Source: Candidatus Omnitrophota bacterium (GTDB lineage: Bacteria > Omnitrophota > Gorgyraeia > Duberdicusellales > 4484-171). From it: 64,000 nt of DNA. Where the stretch lies: contig JAAEQW010000006.1 of NCBI GenBank assembly GCA_024231025.1, positions 236 through 64,235 of the forward strand, written 5' to 3'. Under the pieces are notes generated by a model. It did no database searches. It was not told the DNA's origin and saw only the letters and a list, made by a program, of their open reading frames with translations. A program made the translations under genes and the position numbers. Below are positions 10,594 to 20,323 of the stretch, one piece after another. Within the stretch, counting starts at the first letter, position 1, and every line of letters starts with the position of its first letter.

Positions 10594-11073
10594 CTATAAG
10601 TCTTCATAAATACTGCGGCCAAAAGAATCAATTGCCACAATTAAAGGAAAATCCTCTACCTCAAGTCTGTACACAGCTTCGGGTCCTAAATCTTTGAAGC
10701 AAACTATTTTTTTTGATATAACCTTTTGTGCTAATAATGCTCCACATCCACTAGGGGCAACAAGGTACAGCGCTTTATATTTTTTAATCAATTGACGAAC
10801 ACTCTTGCTGCGACCACCTTTACCAATCATGCCCACAAGACCCTTCTTTAGTAATGGCTCAACAAACTTATCCATTCGTGAAGAAGTAGTCGGCCCACAG
10901 GCACCAATCACTTTGCCCTTTGGTGTTGCGCTGGGCCCACAATAATAAATCACCTCACCCTCTAAATCAAAAGGGATTTTTTTTAATTTTACCAACCTTT
11001 GATGAGCCTGATCCCTAGCGGTATAAATCACGCCACTAAATAAAATTTCGTCGCCAACCTTTAAATATTTCAT
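10594..11073 (-). CDS. Class I fumarate hydratase / Fe-S hydro-lyase, beta subunit
   Basis: The fold matches the tartrate/fumarate-type hydro-lyase beta subunit. It overlaps the alpha subunit gene by 4 nt. Confidence 0.7.
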   Translation of the reverse strand: MKYLKVGDEILFSGVIYTARDQAHQRLVKLKKIPFDLEGEVIYYCGPSATPKGKVIGACGPTTSSRMDKFVEPLLKKGLVGMIGKGGRSKSVRQLIKKYKALYLVAPSGCGALLAQKVISKKIVCFKDLGPEAVYRLEVEDFPLIVAIDSFGRSIYEDL

Positions 11074-11882
11074 AAAATCTGCAGAGTAGCTCTCCTTAAA
11101 GCGTGACAGCTAATATTTACCCCTACCGGTAAACCGGCAATATGGGTATCTTGCGTTCTAATTTTTACCGACAAACACGTAGTTGGCCCGCCCAAACCCA
11201 TTGGCCCAATTTTTAACATATTTATTTTCTTAAGTATTTTCTTCTCTGTGCTATTGAGAATATTGGCTTTTTCGATTAATGCTTTTTTTGCCAGCAATAA
11301 AGCTGTATCAGAAGTTCCGCCAATACCTACACCCACCAAAAAAGGTGGACACGCCTGCGCCCCAGCTAATTGCACACTTTCAACTATAAATTGTTCAATT
11401 TCAGTAAAATCTGCCGTTGGGTCAAACATCTTCAAACGAGTCTTATTTTCGCTGCCAAACCCTTTTGGAAAAACTGTAATTTTTAATCCGCTAACTTTAG
11501 GAGTAAAATCCAAATGAACAATCGCCCCCCGATAAGAAGAGCGCCCTCGCTTTAGGGGATCAACTATTGATCGACGAAGAAAATTCTTGCGATATCCGTC
11601 TTCTACGCCTTGTTTTATAGCTTCAACTAAATCATTCGATATTGTTATTTTTTTTCCTGCTTCAATAAAAATAAGAGGTAGTCCAGTATCCTGGCAAATA
11701 GCAACTCTTTCCTTCTTGGCAATATCAGCATTATCTATAATTTGCTTTAGCGCGTTCTTGGCTCTTTTGTTTTTTTCTAAACGATACGCCTTAGCAAGAA
11801 GACCACTTACGTCACTGCCTAAAGAAAAATTCGCTTTAGCGGTCAGCTCTTGGACTTGTTTTTTAAGTTTTTTTAGGTTCAT
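11070..11882 (-). CDS. Class I fumarate hydratase / Fe-S hydro-lyase, alpha subunit
   Basis: It has the length and Cys pattern (CQDTGLP...) typical of a split fumarase alpha subunit. Confidence 0.7.
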   Translation of the reverse strand: MNLKKLKKQVQELTAKANFSLGSDVSGLLAKAYRLEKNKRAKNALKQIIDNADIAKKERVAICQDTGLPLIFIEAGKKITISNDLVEAIKQGVEDGYRKNFLRRSIVDPLKRGRSSYRGAIVHLDFTPKVSGLKITVFPKGFGSENKTRLKMFDPTADFTEIEQFIVESVQLAGAQACPPFLVGVGIGGTSDTALLLAKKALIEKANILNSTEKKILKKINMLKIGPMGLGGPTTCLSVKIRTQDTHIAGLPVGVNISCHALRRATLQIL

Positions 11883-12538
11883 CTTATCCCCAACTGTTTA
11901 TGCTTTTGCGGAATAACTTTGATATTCATACCATGCAACTTAGCTAACATTTTAAAGAACGCAACCTTGCCCCCTAGGGCATGCTCAAAAGGATTTTCTG
12001 GCTGCAAAACTAATGTCAAATCAGATTTAATGTCTTTAATGATTTTAAGCGCTTCAAGAACATCGCCAATCTGAGTAAGTTTGCCAATAACAACTTTTAC
12101 GAAAACGTCTTTGCCCTTGGCTATCTTTAAGAATTCCCTGTGATCCTCCCAAAGACTTTGCTGATCAGTTGTTGTAGGCAATTTAAAATCCATAGCAATA
12201 ATATCAATATATTCTATCACTTTAGTTAAATTTTCATATAGAATGCCATTAGTTTCTAGATAAAGAAGATACCCTTCATTCTTTAACGATTTTGATAATT
12301 CAATTAGATCTTCAATCTGCATAAGAGGCTCTCCGCCAGTCAGAGATATCGAATGTACTTTGCCAAATTGGCGAACCTCGCTAACAATTTGGCTTACACT
12401 TTTTTCATCATAACGCTCCAAGGGTGTATCGCAAAATGAACACTTTAAATTACAACCAAACAAGCGAACAAAAACCTGCTCAACTCCAGCGTATATTCCT
12501 TCGCCCTGAATACTTTTAAAAATTTCTGCAATCTTCAC
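11879..12538 (-). CDS. queE: 7-carboxy-7-deazaguanine synthase (radical SAM)
   Basis: It has the IAEIFKSIQGEG...CNLKCSFCDT motif. I place the start at the GTG at 12538, which is preceded by GGAGG at 9-nt spacing. That start also removes the 71-nt overlap with queC implied by the ORF-track ATG. Confidence 0.8.
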   Translation of the reverse strand: MKIAEIFKSIQGEGIYAGVEQVFVRLFGCNLKCSFCDTPLERYDEKSVSQIVSEVRQFGKVHSISLTGGEPLMQIEDLIELSKSLKNEGYLLYLETNGILYENLTKVIEYIDIIAMDFKLPTTTDQQSLWEDHREFLKIAKGKDVFVKVVIGKLTQIGDVLEALKIIKDIKSDLTLVLQPENPFEHALGGKVAFFKMLAKLHGMNIKVIPQKHKQLGIR

Positions 12539-12542
12539 CTTT

Positions 12543-13187
12543 TTAGGCCTCCATAATTGGGTCCTTACGTCCCAAAGCTTTAAAAGCAGCCGTCCTAAAA
12601 CAACAACTATCACACCTTAAACAGGGAATTTTACCTCCCTCATAACACGACCAAGTATACTTAAAAGGAACATCTAAAGAAATACCCAAGTTTACTATTT
12701 GTTTTTTTGTCTTCTTAATTAGCGGTGTTTTGATCGAAATATCTTTCTTCTTTAGCCCTTTACGCACCGCCGCTTGGAAATCTTTCATAAACTGCAAATG
12801 ACAATCGGGGTAACCAGAATAATCCTGAACGTGCGCACCGATGAAAATACTCTTTGCCCTAATGCTTTCGGCTAAAGAAAATGCATAACTTAAAAAAATA
12901 ATATTTCTACCAGAAACATAAGTTACAGGAATCCCCCGACCACCGGCAGAAGGCACCTTAATGCCTTTTTTGGTAAGACTAGATTCAGTCCAACTCAAAT
13001 CAATCTTTAACAAATGGTAGCGAATATTATTAATCCGAGCAATTTTCTTAGCAAAATTTATCTCTTTTTTGTGACGCTGACCATAATCAAAAATAAGCGC
13101 CTCTAGCTTATATCCCTTATTTTTCGCATAATAAAGGGTAACTGCGGAATCTAAACCGCCCGACAATAAAATAACTCCCTTTTTCAT
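12543..13187 (-). CDS. queC: 7-cyano-7-deazaguanine synthase
   Basis: ILLSGGLDSAVTLYYAKNKGY and the C-terminal CxxC...C zinc site identify QueC. Confidence 0.85.
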   Translation of the reverse strand: MKKGVILLSGGLDSAVTLYYAKNKGYKLEALIFDYGQRHKKEINFAKKIARINNIRYHLLKIDLSWTESSLTKKGIKVPSAGGRGIPVTYVSGRNIIFLSYAFSLAESIRAKSIFIGAHVQDYSGYPDCHLQFMKDFQAAVRKGLKKKDISIKTPLIKKTKKQIVNLGISLDVPFKYTWSCYEGGKIPCLRCDSCCFRTAAFKALGRKDPIMEA

Positions 13188-13192
13188 AATTG

Positions 13193-13567
13193 CTACGACT
13201 GTTCTCTATATACGGCGCAAGAAGTATCGGTCTCCCAAACGCTTACTTCTTCGATGGAAACGCTTCTAGAGGCAATTTGCACTTTCAATTTATCAAAAAT
13301 ATAACGCGCTATTTCTTCAGAACTTGGATTATGCTTTTTAAAATAATCTATTTCGTTAAGGTGTTTGTGATCTAGTTCATCTAAGATGTATTCTGTTTCC
13401 TTCTTCATTTCAGTAAAATCCATAACCATCCCGGCACAATCGAGAACCTGCGAAGATAAAGCAACCTCTACCTTCCAATTATGTCCATGCAAGGATTCAC
13501 ACTTACCTTCGTAATTACGTAAAGAATGTGCCCCACTAAACTTTGAAATTATTTTGACTTTATACAT
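13193..13567 (-). CDS. queD: 6-carboxy-5,6,7,8-tetrahydropterin synthase
   Basis: FSGAHSLRNYEGKCESLHGHNW is the QueD/PTPS motif. Confidence 0.8.
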   Translation of the reverse strand: MYKVKIISKFSGAHSLRNYEGKCESLHGHNWKVEVALSSQVLDCAGMVMDFTEMKKETEYILDELDHKHLNEIDYFKKHNPSSEEIARYIFDKLKVQIASRSVSIEEVSVWETDTSCAVYREQS

Positions 13568-14354
13568 TTACCACCTCTGGGTTAGAAATTTTCCTATTTA
13601 AAAATAATCTTGCCGATCGAACAAAACTTTGAGGTTCATCAGTAACAAAAAAGTTTGTTTTCCCCTTTCGTTTTTTATCATTTAAAAGGCCTTCTTCACA
13701 AAGAACACCCTTAACATAACGGGCCACCTCTTTTGCGGAGTCAACGATAAATGCTCCTTTAAGATATTTTGCTATTTCATTTTTAAGCAAAGGGTAATGA
13801 GTACAGCCCAAAATAACAGTATCAACTCCTGCCGTTTTAAATTTCTTCAAATACATATCAATCACTTGTTCTGCTATTTTGCCCCTTAACAATCCTTCCT
13901 CTACTAGAGGCACAAAAAGCGGGCAATCTTGCTGATACACCATCATCTTTTTGTCTTTACTGTGGATCTTGCGCTGATAACTATTACTGGCAATCGTTGC
14001 TTTGGTTCCGATAACGCCTATTTTTTTCTTCCTAGAAACCGACAACGCTTTTTCAACACCGGCATTAATTACACCTACTATCGGTATGTTAAAAATACCT
14101 TCTAAGTGATCTAGCGCAAAAGATGTAGAAGTGTTACAGGCAACTACAACAGCTTTAACATTCTTCTTCAGTAAGAATAAAGCGCTTTCTGTGCTGAATT
14201 TTATAATTGTTGATTTCGATTTATTACCGTAAGGAACTCTTGCGGTATCACCAAAATAAATTATGTTTTCATTTGGTAAAAGCTTTTCAACTTCTTTTAA
14301 CACCGTGAGTCCGCCAACACCTGAATCAAAAATACCTATCGCCCTTTGATTCAT
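13560..14354 (-). CDS. murI: Glutamate racemase
   Basis: IGIFDSGVGGLTVL and the VVACNTS...GCTHYP catalytic Cys motifs identify MurI. Confidence 0.85.
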   Translation of the reverse strand: MNQRAIGIFDSGVGGLTVLKEVEKLLPNENIIYFGDTARVPYGNKSKSTIIKFSTESALFLLKKNVKAVVVACNTSTSFALDHLEGIFNIPIVGVINAGVEKALSVSRKKKIGVIGTKATIASNSYQRKIHSKDKKMMVYQQDCPLFVPLVEEGLLRGKIAEQVIDMYLKKFKTAGVDTVILGCTHYPLLKNEIAKYLKGAFIVDSAKEVARYVKGVLCEEGLLNDKKRKGKTNFFVTDEPQSFVRSARLFLNRKISNPEVVNV

Positions 14355-15379
14355 TCTGCCTCCCTAGCATAACCAGCATGCTGCTTGTTCAAAGCAACTA
14401 CGCCTGAAGCTATCGCCTCAGCAATCTGCTTTTGATAGTATTTCTGTCTTAGAAGTTTTTCCTCATATTGATTGCTTAAGTAACCTGTTTCCACCAGCAC
14501 CGCCGGAACATATGCTTCACGTAAAACATGGTAATTAGCTTTGCGTGGGGGCTTTATTTTAAACCCCAAATCCTTAAACGTATGATAAAAAATATGCGCC
14601 ATATCTACTGAGAAAAAATAATTCTTAGTAATAAGTAAATCCCAAAGAATAGCCTTAACTTCGAAAGGCTTATTTTTTGGCCAAATTTTTCTATTCTTTG
14701 CTACTTTAACAGATCGCTTACTGCTCGCTAACTTTCCCGGCAAAAGATAGTATATCTCCGTACCTTTAACATAGCGTGACCGATTAGAATTAGTATGAAC
14801 ACTCACAAAGAGATCAGCATTATTATTTTTTGCTACATTCGTTCTTTGCTGGAGAGTTAAAAAAGCATCGCGCGAACGAGTTAGTATTGTTTTAAAGCCT
14901 CTTTTCGTAAGTTCTGCAGCAAGATACTTGGCTATTTTCAAATTGACTCGCTTCTCGCGTAAACCACCTGAAGATATCGCTCCTGGATCTTTTCCACCAT
15001 GGCCAGGGTCAACAACAATGGTTTTTATTGTAAATGGCGTACGAAAAACGATAGCTTCGTTAGAAAATATTACATCCTCTAATTCATTAGAAATAAAAAT
15101 GTTACCTTCAATGTAATAAGGCACTCTTTCAAAACGAAAGATACTGCCATTGAAGTAACCAACTGGGGAATTAAATAATACACGTATCTCTTTGTCCGTG
15201 GAGTATACCCTTACAATATCATCTATCGTATCGTAAGAATATTGCATAGCATTCTTGCGGCAAAAATCATCAATATGCATGTATCCCGAAGCAGATACGC
15301 GCCCACTACGCCCTCGCCGATGCGTTGCGCCACATCCTGATAAGCAAATAATCAGAAAGATCAGAAAAAATTTTTTCAT
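14351..15379 (-). CDS. N-acetylmuramoyl-L-alanine amidase (Amidase_3 family), lipoprotein-like N-terminus
   Basis: IVVDPGHGGKDPGAIS...SVHTNS is the Amidase_3 core, and a LSGCG lipobox-like segment sits near the N-terminus. Confidence 0.75.
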   Translation of the reverse strand: MKKFFLIFLIICLSGCGATHRRGRSGRVSASGYMHIDDFCRKNAMQYSYDTIDDIVRVYSTDKEIRVLFNSPVGYFNGSIFRFERVPYYIEGNIFISNELEDVIFSNEAIVFRTPFTIKTIVVDPGHGGKDPGAISSGGLREKRVNLKIAKYLAAELTKRGFKTILTRSRDAFLTLQQRTNVAKNNNADLFVSVHTNSNRSRYVKGTEIYYLLPGKLASSKRSVKVAKNRKIWPKNKPFEVKAILWDLLITKNYFFSVDMAHIFYHTFKDLGFKIKPPRKANYHVLREAYVPAVLVETGYLSNQYEEKLLRQKYYQKQIAEAIASGVVALNKQHAGYAREAE

Positions 15380-16722
15380 GTACTCAATATCGCTTTTGCA
15401 ATTTGAAAATATAAAAATATTCCAACAACATCAACAATCGTTGTAATTAACGGACCGCTCATAAGCGCAGGGTCCAATTTTAATTTTCTAAAAATCAATG
15501 GCAGAGCCGCACCCAAAATAGCCGAGAACATAATCGTCACACCCATTGCTGTACCAACTGAAATGCTCAACAGCCAGTTACTTTGCTGCAATACTACTCT
15601 CACCAAACCTACTAAAGCAAGAATCACGCCAATAAACAATCCTAATAGTGATTCTCGAAACACTACCCTAAAAAAATCTTTTACCGTTATATCCCCAGTT
15701 GCCAAGCCTCGAATAATCATCATCGCCGATTGCATTCCGGCATTTCCTCCGGTAGCAAGCAAAATTGGTAAAAAAAATGTTAAAGCTATCCACTGCTGAA
15801 TCACACCGGCAAAATTCTGCATAACCAAACTTGATGCTGACTCAAGCACTGTAAGAACAATTAGCCAAAAACTTCTTTTCCAGACAAGTTCAAAGAATCC
15901 TGCATCCATATATGGCTTATCAACAGGAACAACGGCAGCAATTTTTTCAAAGTCTTCAGTAACCTCTTCTTCCAAAACGTCCACCAAATCATCAAACGTA
16001 ACTATACCTAATAATTTGCCGTCATTATCAACAACCGGCAAAGCTATCAAATCATACTTTTTAAAAATGTCAGCAGCAATTTCCTTATCATCATAAACAT
16101 TTACTTTTATTATGTCTCTAAAAATAATTTCTGAAATCTTTTTATCGGGCTGGGCCAACACAAGCTTCTTCAAAGACACAATACCTTTAAGGCGTTTTGA
16201 TTCATCTAAAACATAGCAATGATAAATTGTTTCGCGCTTCATTCCAACGCTTCTAATGTGAGTGAGAGCTTCGGCAACCGTCATTTTTTCAAATAATTGA
16301 ACAAAATCCGGAGTAATAAGCCTACCCACTGAATCATGAGGGTAATTAAGGATCTCGATTGCGATGCTTCGCTCTTCAGGCGAGAGAAGATTAATGAATT
16401 TCTTAACAATCTCTGCCGGCATTTCTTCAAAGAGTCCGGTTCGATCATCAGGAGACATCTCATTAAGAATATCTTTTATTTCGCTGCTAGTTAAAGAGTC
16501 AAGAATTTGCTCCTCTTCTTCAATTGGTAAATGCTCAAACACATCAATTGCCTTACCATAAGGAACAAGACGAAACACCAAAAGTTTTGACGAAGGCAAA
16601 GCAAGGCCGCTGATTAATTCGGCAATATCCTCAGGGTGACCAGAAAGAGAATTCTTTATTTGAGGATAATTTTTCTCCCGAACAAAAAGCTCAATTTTTT
16701 CTAATAAATCAGTGTTTTCCAT
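15376..16722 (-). CDS. mgtE: Magnesium transporter MgtE (MgtE-N domain, tandem CBS domains, transmembrane domain)
   Basis: The domain order and the PLLGIVT...TGGNAG motifs are typical of MgtE. Confidence 0.85.
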   Translation of the reverse strand: MENTDLLEKIELFVREKNYPQIKNSLSGHPEDIAELISGLALPSSKLLVFRLVPYGKAIDVFEHLPIEEEEQILDSLTSSEIKDILNEMSPDDRTGLFEEMPAEIVKKFINLLSPEERSIAIEILNYPHDSVGRLITPDFVQLFEKMTVAEALTHIRSVGMKRETIYHCYVLDESKRLKGIVSLKKLVLAQPDKKISEIIFRDIIKVNVYDDKEIAADIFKKYDLIALPVVDNDGKLLGIVTFDDLVDVLEEEVTEDFEKIAAVVPVDKPYMDAGFFELVWKRSFWLIVLTVLESASSLVMQNFAGVIQQWIALTFFLPILLATGGNAGMQSAMMIIRGLATGDITVKDFFRVVFRESLLGLFIGVILALVGLVRVVLQQSNWLLSISVGTAMGVTIMFSAILGAALPLIFRKLKLDPALMSGPLITTIVDVVGIFLYFQIAKAILST

Positions 16723-16912
16723 GTTAAAACCTCGAATATAACGTTAAAATTATACCATCCCTGGAGTAAAACTCAAAATTTTACTTTCAGCGATAACTTA
16801 AATAAAGTATGTAGGTTTAATCGGGGGCAGGGAAGTCCCGCCAAGGGCGGGAATCGGTACGTGCCCCCCCCAAAGAAAGGTCTACGTCGAATTTATTAGT
16901 TTCTGGGAAGAA
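16723..16912 (-). ncRNA. Candidate structured 5' leader of mgtE: nested GC-rich hairpins plus a C8 tract
   Basis: On the plus strand at 16815-16872, GGGGGCA pairs with TGCCCCC and encloses a CCCGCC-AAGG-GCGGG hairpin. The surrounding region is very AT-rich, and the element lies in the 190-nt gap between glgC and mgtE. Confidence 0.3.
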
Positions 16913-18133
16913 TTAATAGAATATTTTTCTGGCGCCTCTTTTGACGACAACGATCCCGGATGGATCAAGAAAATACTTTTTAGCATCGCTCTCTTTATTG
17001 AAACCAATCCTTGTATTTCGCTTAATCGTATTATAGCGGTCAACGATTGTTCTTTTAATCTTGCAATTTTTACCGATAACAGCAAAATCCATAATTATTG
17101 AATCTTCAATTTTGCAGCCTTCTTCTAAAATAACTCCTCTGCCAATAATAGAATTCTTTATTTTCGCACCATACACCCTTACGCCAGCAGTTACTAATGA
17201 ATTGTCGATATCAGAACCAACTGTATACGCTGGCGGCAAGTCTACGCTAGATCCATAAACCGGCCAAGAGTGATTGGTTAAGTCAAGCTTTGGCCGACGG
17301 CCTAGAAGATCCATATTTGCCTTCCAGTAGCTTTCGATTGTACCAACGTCACGCCAGTAGCCACGCTCTTCATGTTTTTTTAAAGAAGGGATCGCATTTT
17401 TAGAAAAATCATACCCGAATACTCTTGTCTTTTTTCTGATAAGATAAGGAATTATGTCTCTGCCGAAATCATGAGCGGTCGTTTTTTCAATCATTTCTTC
17501 TAAAGTTTCAACTAAAACGTCTGCGTTAAATATATAGTTGCCCATTGATGCAAACACTTGGCTTTTCCCACTCATTTCAGGTTTTTCTTTAAAATCTTTG
17601 ATTCGCAAACTTCCATCAAGCTGCACAATGCCAAACTCTGAAGCATCTTTGCTTTCAATTGGTGTTGTCGAAACGGTAAGATGAGCCTTATTTTTAATAT
17701 GAAAATCAATCATCTGTTTTATATTCATTCGATAAATATGGTCTCCACCAAAAATCGCAACAATTTTTGGCTTAAAATCGTAAATTAAATTTATATTTTG
17801 ATAAACAGAGTCTGCTGTTCCGCGATACCAGGCCTGTATTTCTTCACGGCGCATTTGAGGGGGTACAACTGTAATAAAATGCTTAGAAAGCACACCCGAC
17901 TTTCGCCAGGTAGTTCTTAGGTGTTCTATTAGCGATTGCGATTTATATTGAACCGGAACATATATTGAATAAACACCCGAATTGATTAAATTACTAAGGG
18001 CAAAATCTATAATCCTATATTTTCCGCCAAAGGGAACCGATGGCTTAGTACGCTCTAAAGTTAAAGGATAAAGCCGCTTGCCGACTCCACCGGCAAGAAC
18101 AAAGGCAAGTATCGAGCTTCTCAAATGTTTCAT
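16913..18133 (-). CDS. glgC: Glucose-1-phosphate adenylyltransferase
   Basis: LAFVLAGGVGKRLYPLTLERTKPSVPFGGKYRIIDFALSN is the GlgC signature. Confidence 0.85.
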   Translation of the reverse strand: MKHLRSSILAFVLAGGVGKRLYPLTLERTKPSVPFGGKYRIIDFALSNLINSGVYSIYVPVQYKSQSLIEHLRTTWRKSGVLSKHFITVVPPQMRREEIQAWYRGTADSVYQNINLIYDFKPKIVAIFGGDHIYRMNIKQMIDFHIKNKAHLTVSTTPIESKDASEFGIVQLDGSLRIKDFKEKPEMSGKSQVFASMGNYIFNADVLVETLEEMIEKTTAHDFGRDIIPYLIRKKTRVFGYDFSKNAIPSLKKHEERGYWRDVGTIESYWKANMDLLGRRPKLDLTNHSWPVYGSSVDLPPAYTVGSDIDNSLVTAGVRVYGAKIKNSIIGRGVILEEGCKIEDSIIMDFAVIGKNCKIKRTIVDRYNTIKRNTRIGFNKESDAKKYFLDPSGIVVVKRGARKIFY

Positions 18134-18137
18134 GCGA

Positions 18138-19322
18138 TCACTCCTTTATATCTCCCACTTTAACAAGGACAAACTTTGTAATCCACGGCCCTACCAATTC
18201 AAAAACAACGGTTGAAGCAATTGTAATATTTAATATCCAATCACCCCACGAATTGTTAAGTGTATGCTTTGCGATTAAAGCACACCCCAAGGCAACACCG
18301 GCTTGAGGAAGAAGGGCCAAGCCCATGTATTTTTTCACTGAATCAGGAGCTGACACAATTTTGGCCCCACACAATGAGCCTAATATTTTGCCTATCGCCC
18401 TAAGTGTAATTAGCGCTATTGTTACAAACAAAGCCTGCGTTAAAATGGCAACATTTAAATGTGCGCCCGCCAAAACAAAGAATATTAAATACAATGGCGC
18501 ATCTATTTCACGCAAAGAACCAAAAAATTCAAAACTTGTATTATTTGTATTCGACAGGACTGCTCCAAAAAACATACATGACAAAAGCACAGAAAAATTT
18601 AGACTCGATGTTATTCCGATCACCAAAAATAAAAATCCAAGAGTATAGATTAATCGATCTTTAACCGTATTTATAAAACCGGTAAATTTATCAAATAGAA
18701 CTGCAACCAGCATCCCAACCATGAAAGAAAGACCGATTTCTATACATGATTTAACTAAAGAAGCTACCACCCCTGAGGCAACATCGCCGCTTGAAGTAAA
18801 TGCACTAGCAATTGAAAGCGATAAACCAAAAAGTATTAATGCCCAAGCATCATCTACTGCTACAATACCCAAAAGAGTATCGGTGAATTCTCCCTTACTC
18901 TTATATTCCTGAGTCACAACAACGCTGGTTGCCGGATCCGTAGCTGATGCAATCGCCCCCACAACTAGGGCAATATAAAAAGGTTGCTTAAAAACAAGCC
19001 AAAAAATTACCGTTATAAGCAAGCATGGGATGATCGCCGCTAAAATTGATATGCCGGTGACTGCTCGGCCCACCTGTTTAAAAACCCTAGAGGATAGATT
19101 TTCTCCTAAGCTAAAAGCAATCATTCCTAAAACAATATTTGAGAAAAAATCTGAACCCGCTAAAAGATCGGGTGACACTAGATTAAGCAAATTAGGAGAA
19201 AGCAGCACCCCTAAAGCTACATAAGCAGTGATTGCAGGAATTTTTGCTTTTTTTACAAGACGAGAAAGCAAAAATCCCAAAATAAATATTATACCTAAAC
19301 TTAAAACGGGATTTTGTATCAT
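18138..19322 (-). CDS. Cation:proton antiporter (CPA family) membrane protein
   Basis: It has ~11-12 transmembrane segments and Na+/H+ exchanger-like motifs. Confidence 0.6.
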   Translation of the reverse strand: MIQNPVLSLGIIFILGFLLSRLVKKAKIPAITAYVALGVLLSPNLLNLVSPDLLAGSDFFSNIVLGMIAFSLGENLSSRVFKQVGRAVTGISILAAIIPCLLITVIFWLVFKQPFYIALVVGAIASATDPATSVVVTQEYKSKGEFTDTLLGIVAVDDAWALILFGLSLSIASAFTSSGDVASGVVASLVKSCIEIGLSFMVGMLVAVLFDKFTGFINTVKDRLIYTLGFLFLVIGITSSLNFSVLLSCMFFGAVLSNTNNTSFEFFGSLREIDAPLYLIFFVLAGAHLNVAILTQALFVTIALITLRAIGKILGSLCGAKIVSAPDSVKKYMGLALLPQAGVALGCALIAKHTLNNSWGDWILNITIASTVVFELVGPWITKFVLVKVGDIKE

Positions 19323-19346
19323 AGATATGAAAAGCTCAAATCTTGG

Positions 19347-19811
19347 TTAGACAATGTCTTTCTCCTTAAACATTCTCCAAATAATGTCAAAAACGCCGAT
19401 TATTCCCAACAATTTTCCGCTAGCATCAACTACTGGTAGGCGATTTTTCTTATACAGACGCATTTGCTTATATGCTTTGTCCAATGGATCATCTTCCCTC
19501 ACAGAAACAATATTTCTATCCATCACATCGTCAACAATTATTAATTCACCCATTAATGGCGAAGTGTCTAAGTCGAAAACATTTTCGTCAACCTCAACAA
19601 ATGGAATATTTCTAAAAAGTCTTGATTGCTGTGGCCTCAATATATCCAACAAGCTCTCTGAATTCACAACGCCAATCAGTATATTGTCTTTGTTTACTAC
19701 CGGAATCAGTGGTAAAGTGTGAAAATCTTTGAACATATCTAGAAGACCACGCAAAGACGTTGCGCGCTTTACCATCAACACATCTTTTTTCATTGCCTCT
19801 TTTACTTTCAC
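19347..19811 (-). CDS. CBS domain pair protein
   Basis: Two CBS motifs (hPVVDxxGKLLGIIG) occur in 154 aa. Confidence 0.6.
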   Translation of the reverse strand: MKVKEAMKKDVLMVKRATSLRGLLDMFKDFHTLPLIPVVNKDNILIGVVNSESLLDILRPQQSRLFRNIPFVEVDENVFDLDTSPLMGELIIVDDVMDRNIVSVREDDPLDKAYKQMRLYKKNRLPVVDASGKLLGIIGVFDIIWRMFKEKDIV

Positions 19812-19849
19812 CTTGTTAAAACCTCCCCGGTTTATTCTAATATAACCTT

Positions 19850-20308
19850 TTAACTATTCTCGAATTTTTTAATAACTCCAACAACATCTTTTGGAGTTGT
19901 TGTAGCTAGCAGCTCTTCGCGAAAAGCATTATTCATTAATAATTTTGAGAGCTCCGCCAATACACGCATATAAAAATTTAACTCTTTTGGGTCGGCGCCC
20001 ATTAGAAAAATTAATTTTACAGGCTGACCATCTAACGCCTTAAAATCGACCCCTTCCTTTGACTTAGCAAAACCAATAACAAAACCTTTCACTGCATCGG
20101 TACGAGCATGAGGAATGCCCACATTATTGCCAATACCGGTAGAGCCCAGGGCTTCTCTTTCTAAAACATCGGCAATGAATTTGTTTTCATCAACAACGTT
20201 ACCGCCGCACTTTACTTTATCGGCAATCTCTTTAATTATTTCATCTTTGCCCTGTGCTACCAAATCCATACAGCAGCATTCTTCTTTTAAGTAATCTGAA
20301 ACTCTCAT
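19850..20308 (-). CDS. ptsN: PTS EIIA type-2 (fructose/nitrogen family) regulatory protein, PtsN-like
   Basis: GIGNNVGIPHARTD contains the conserved phospho-His. The size (152 aa) and the absence of any IIB/IIC partner suggest a regulatory PtsN-like protein. Confidence 0.6.
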   Translation of the reverse strand: MRVSDYLKEECCCMDLVAQGKDEIIKEIADKVKCGGNVVDENKFIADVLEREALGSTGIGNNVGIPHARTDAVKGFVIGFAKSKEGVDFKALDGQPVKLIFLMGADPKELNFYMRVLAELSKLLMNNAFREELLATTTPKDVVGVIKKFENS

Positions 20309-20323
20309 TTTTAGTTACCTCCA

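Noticed and set aside
16723-16912. Calling the mgtE leader an M-box (ykoK) riboswitch
   Set aside because: At ~60-90 nt of structured sequence it is too short, and it lacks the conserved M-box helices as far as I can recall. It is kept only as an unclassified candidate element.
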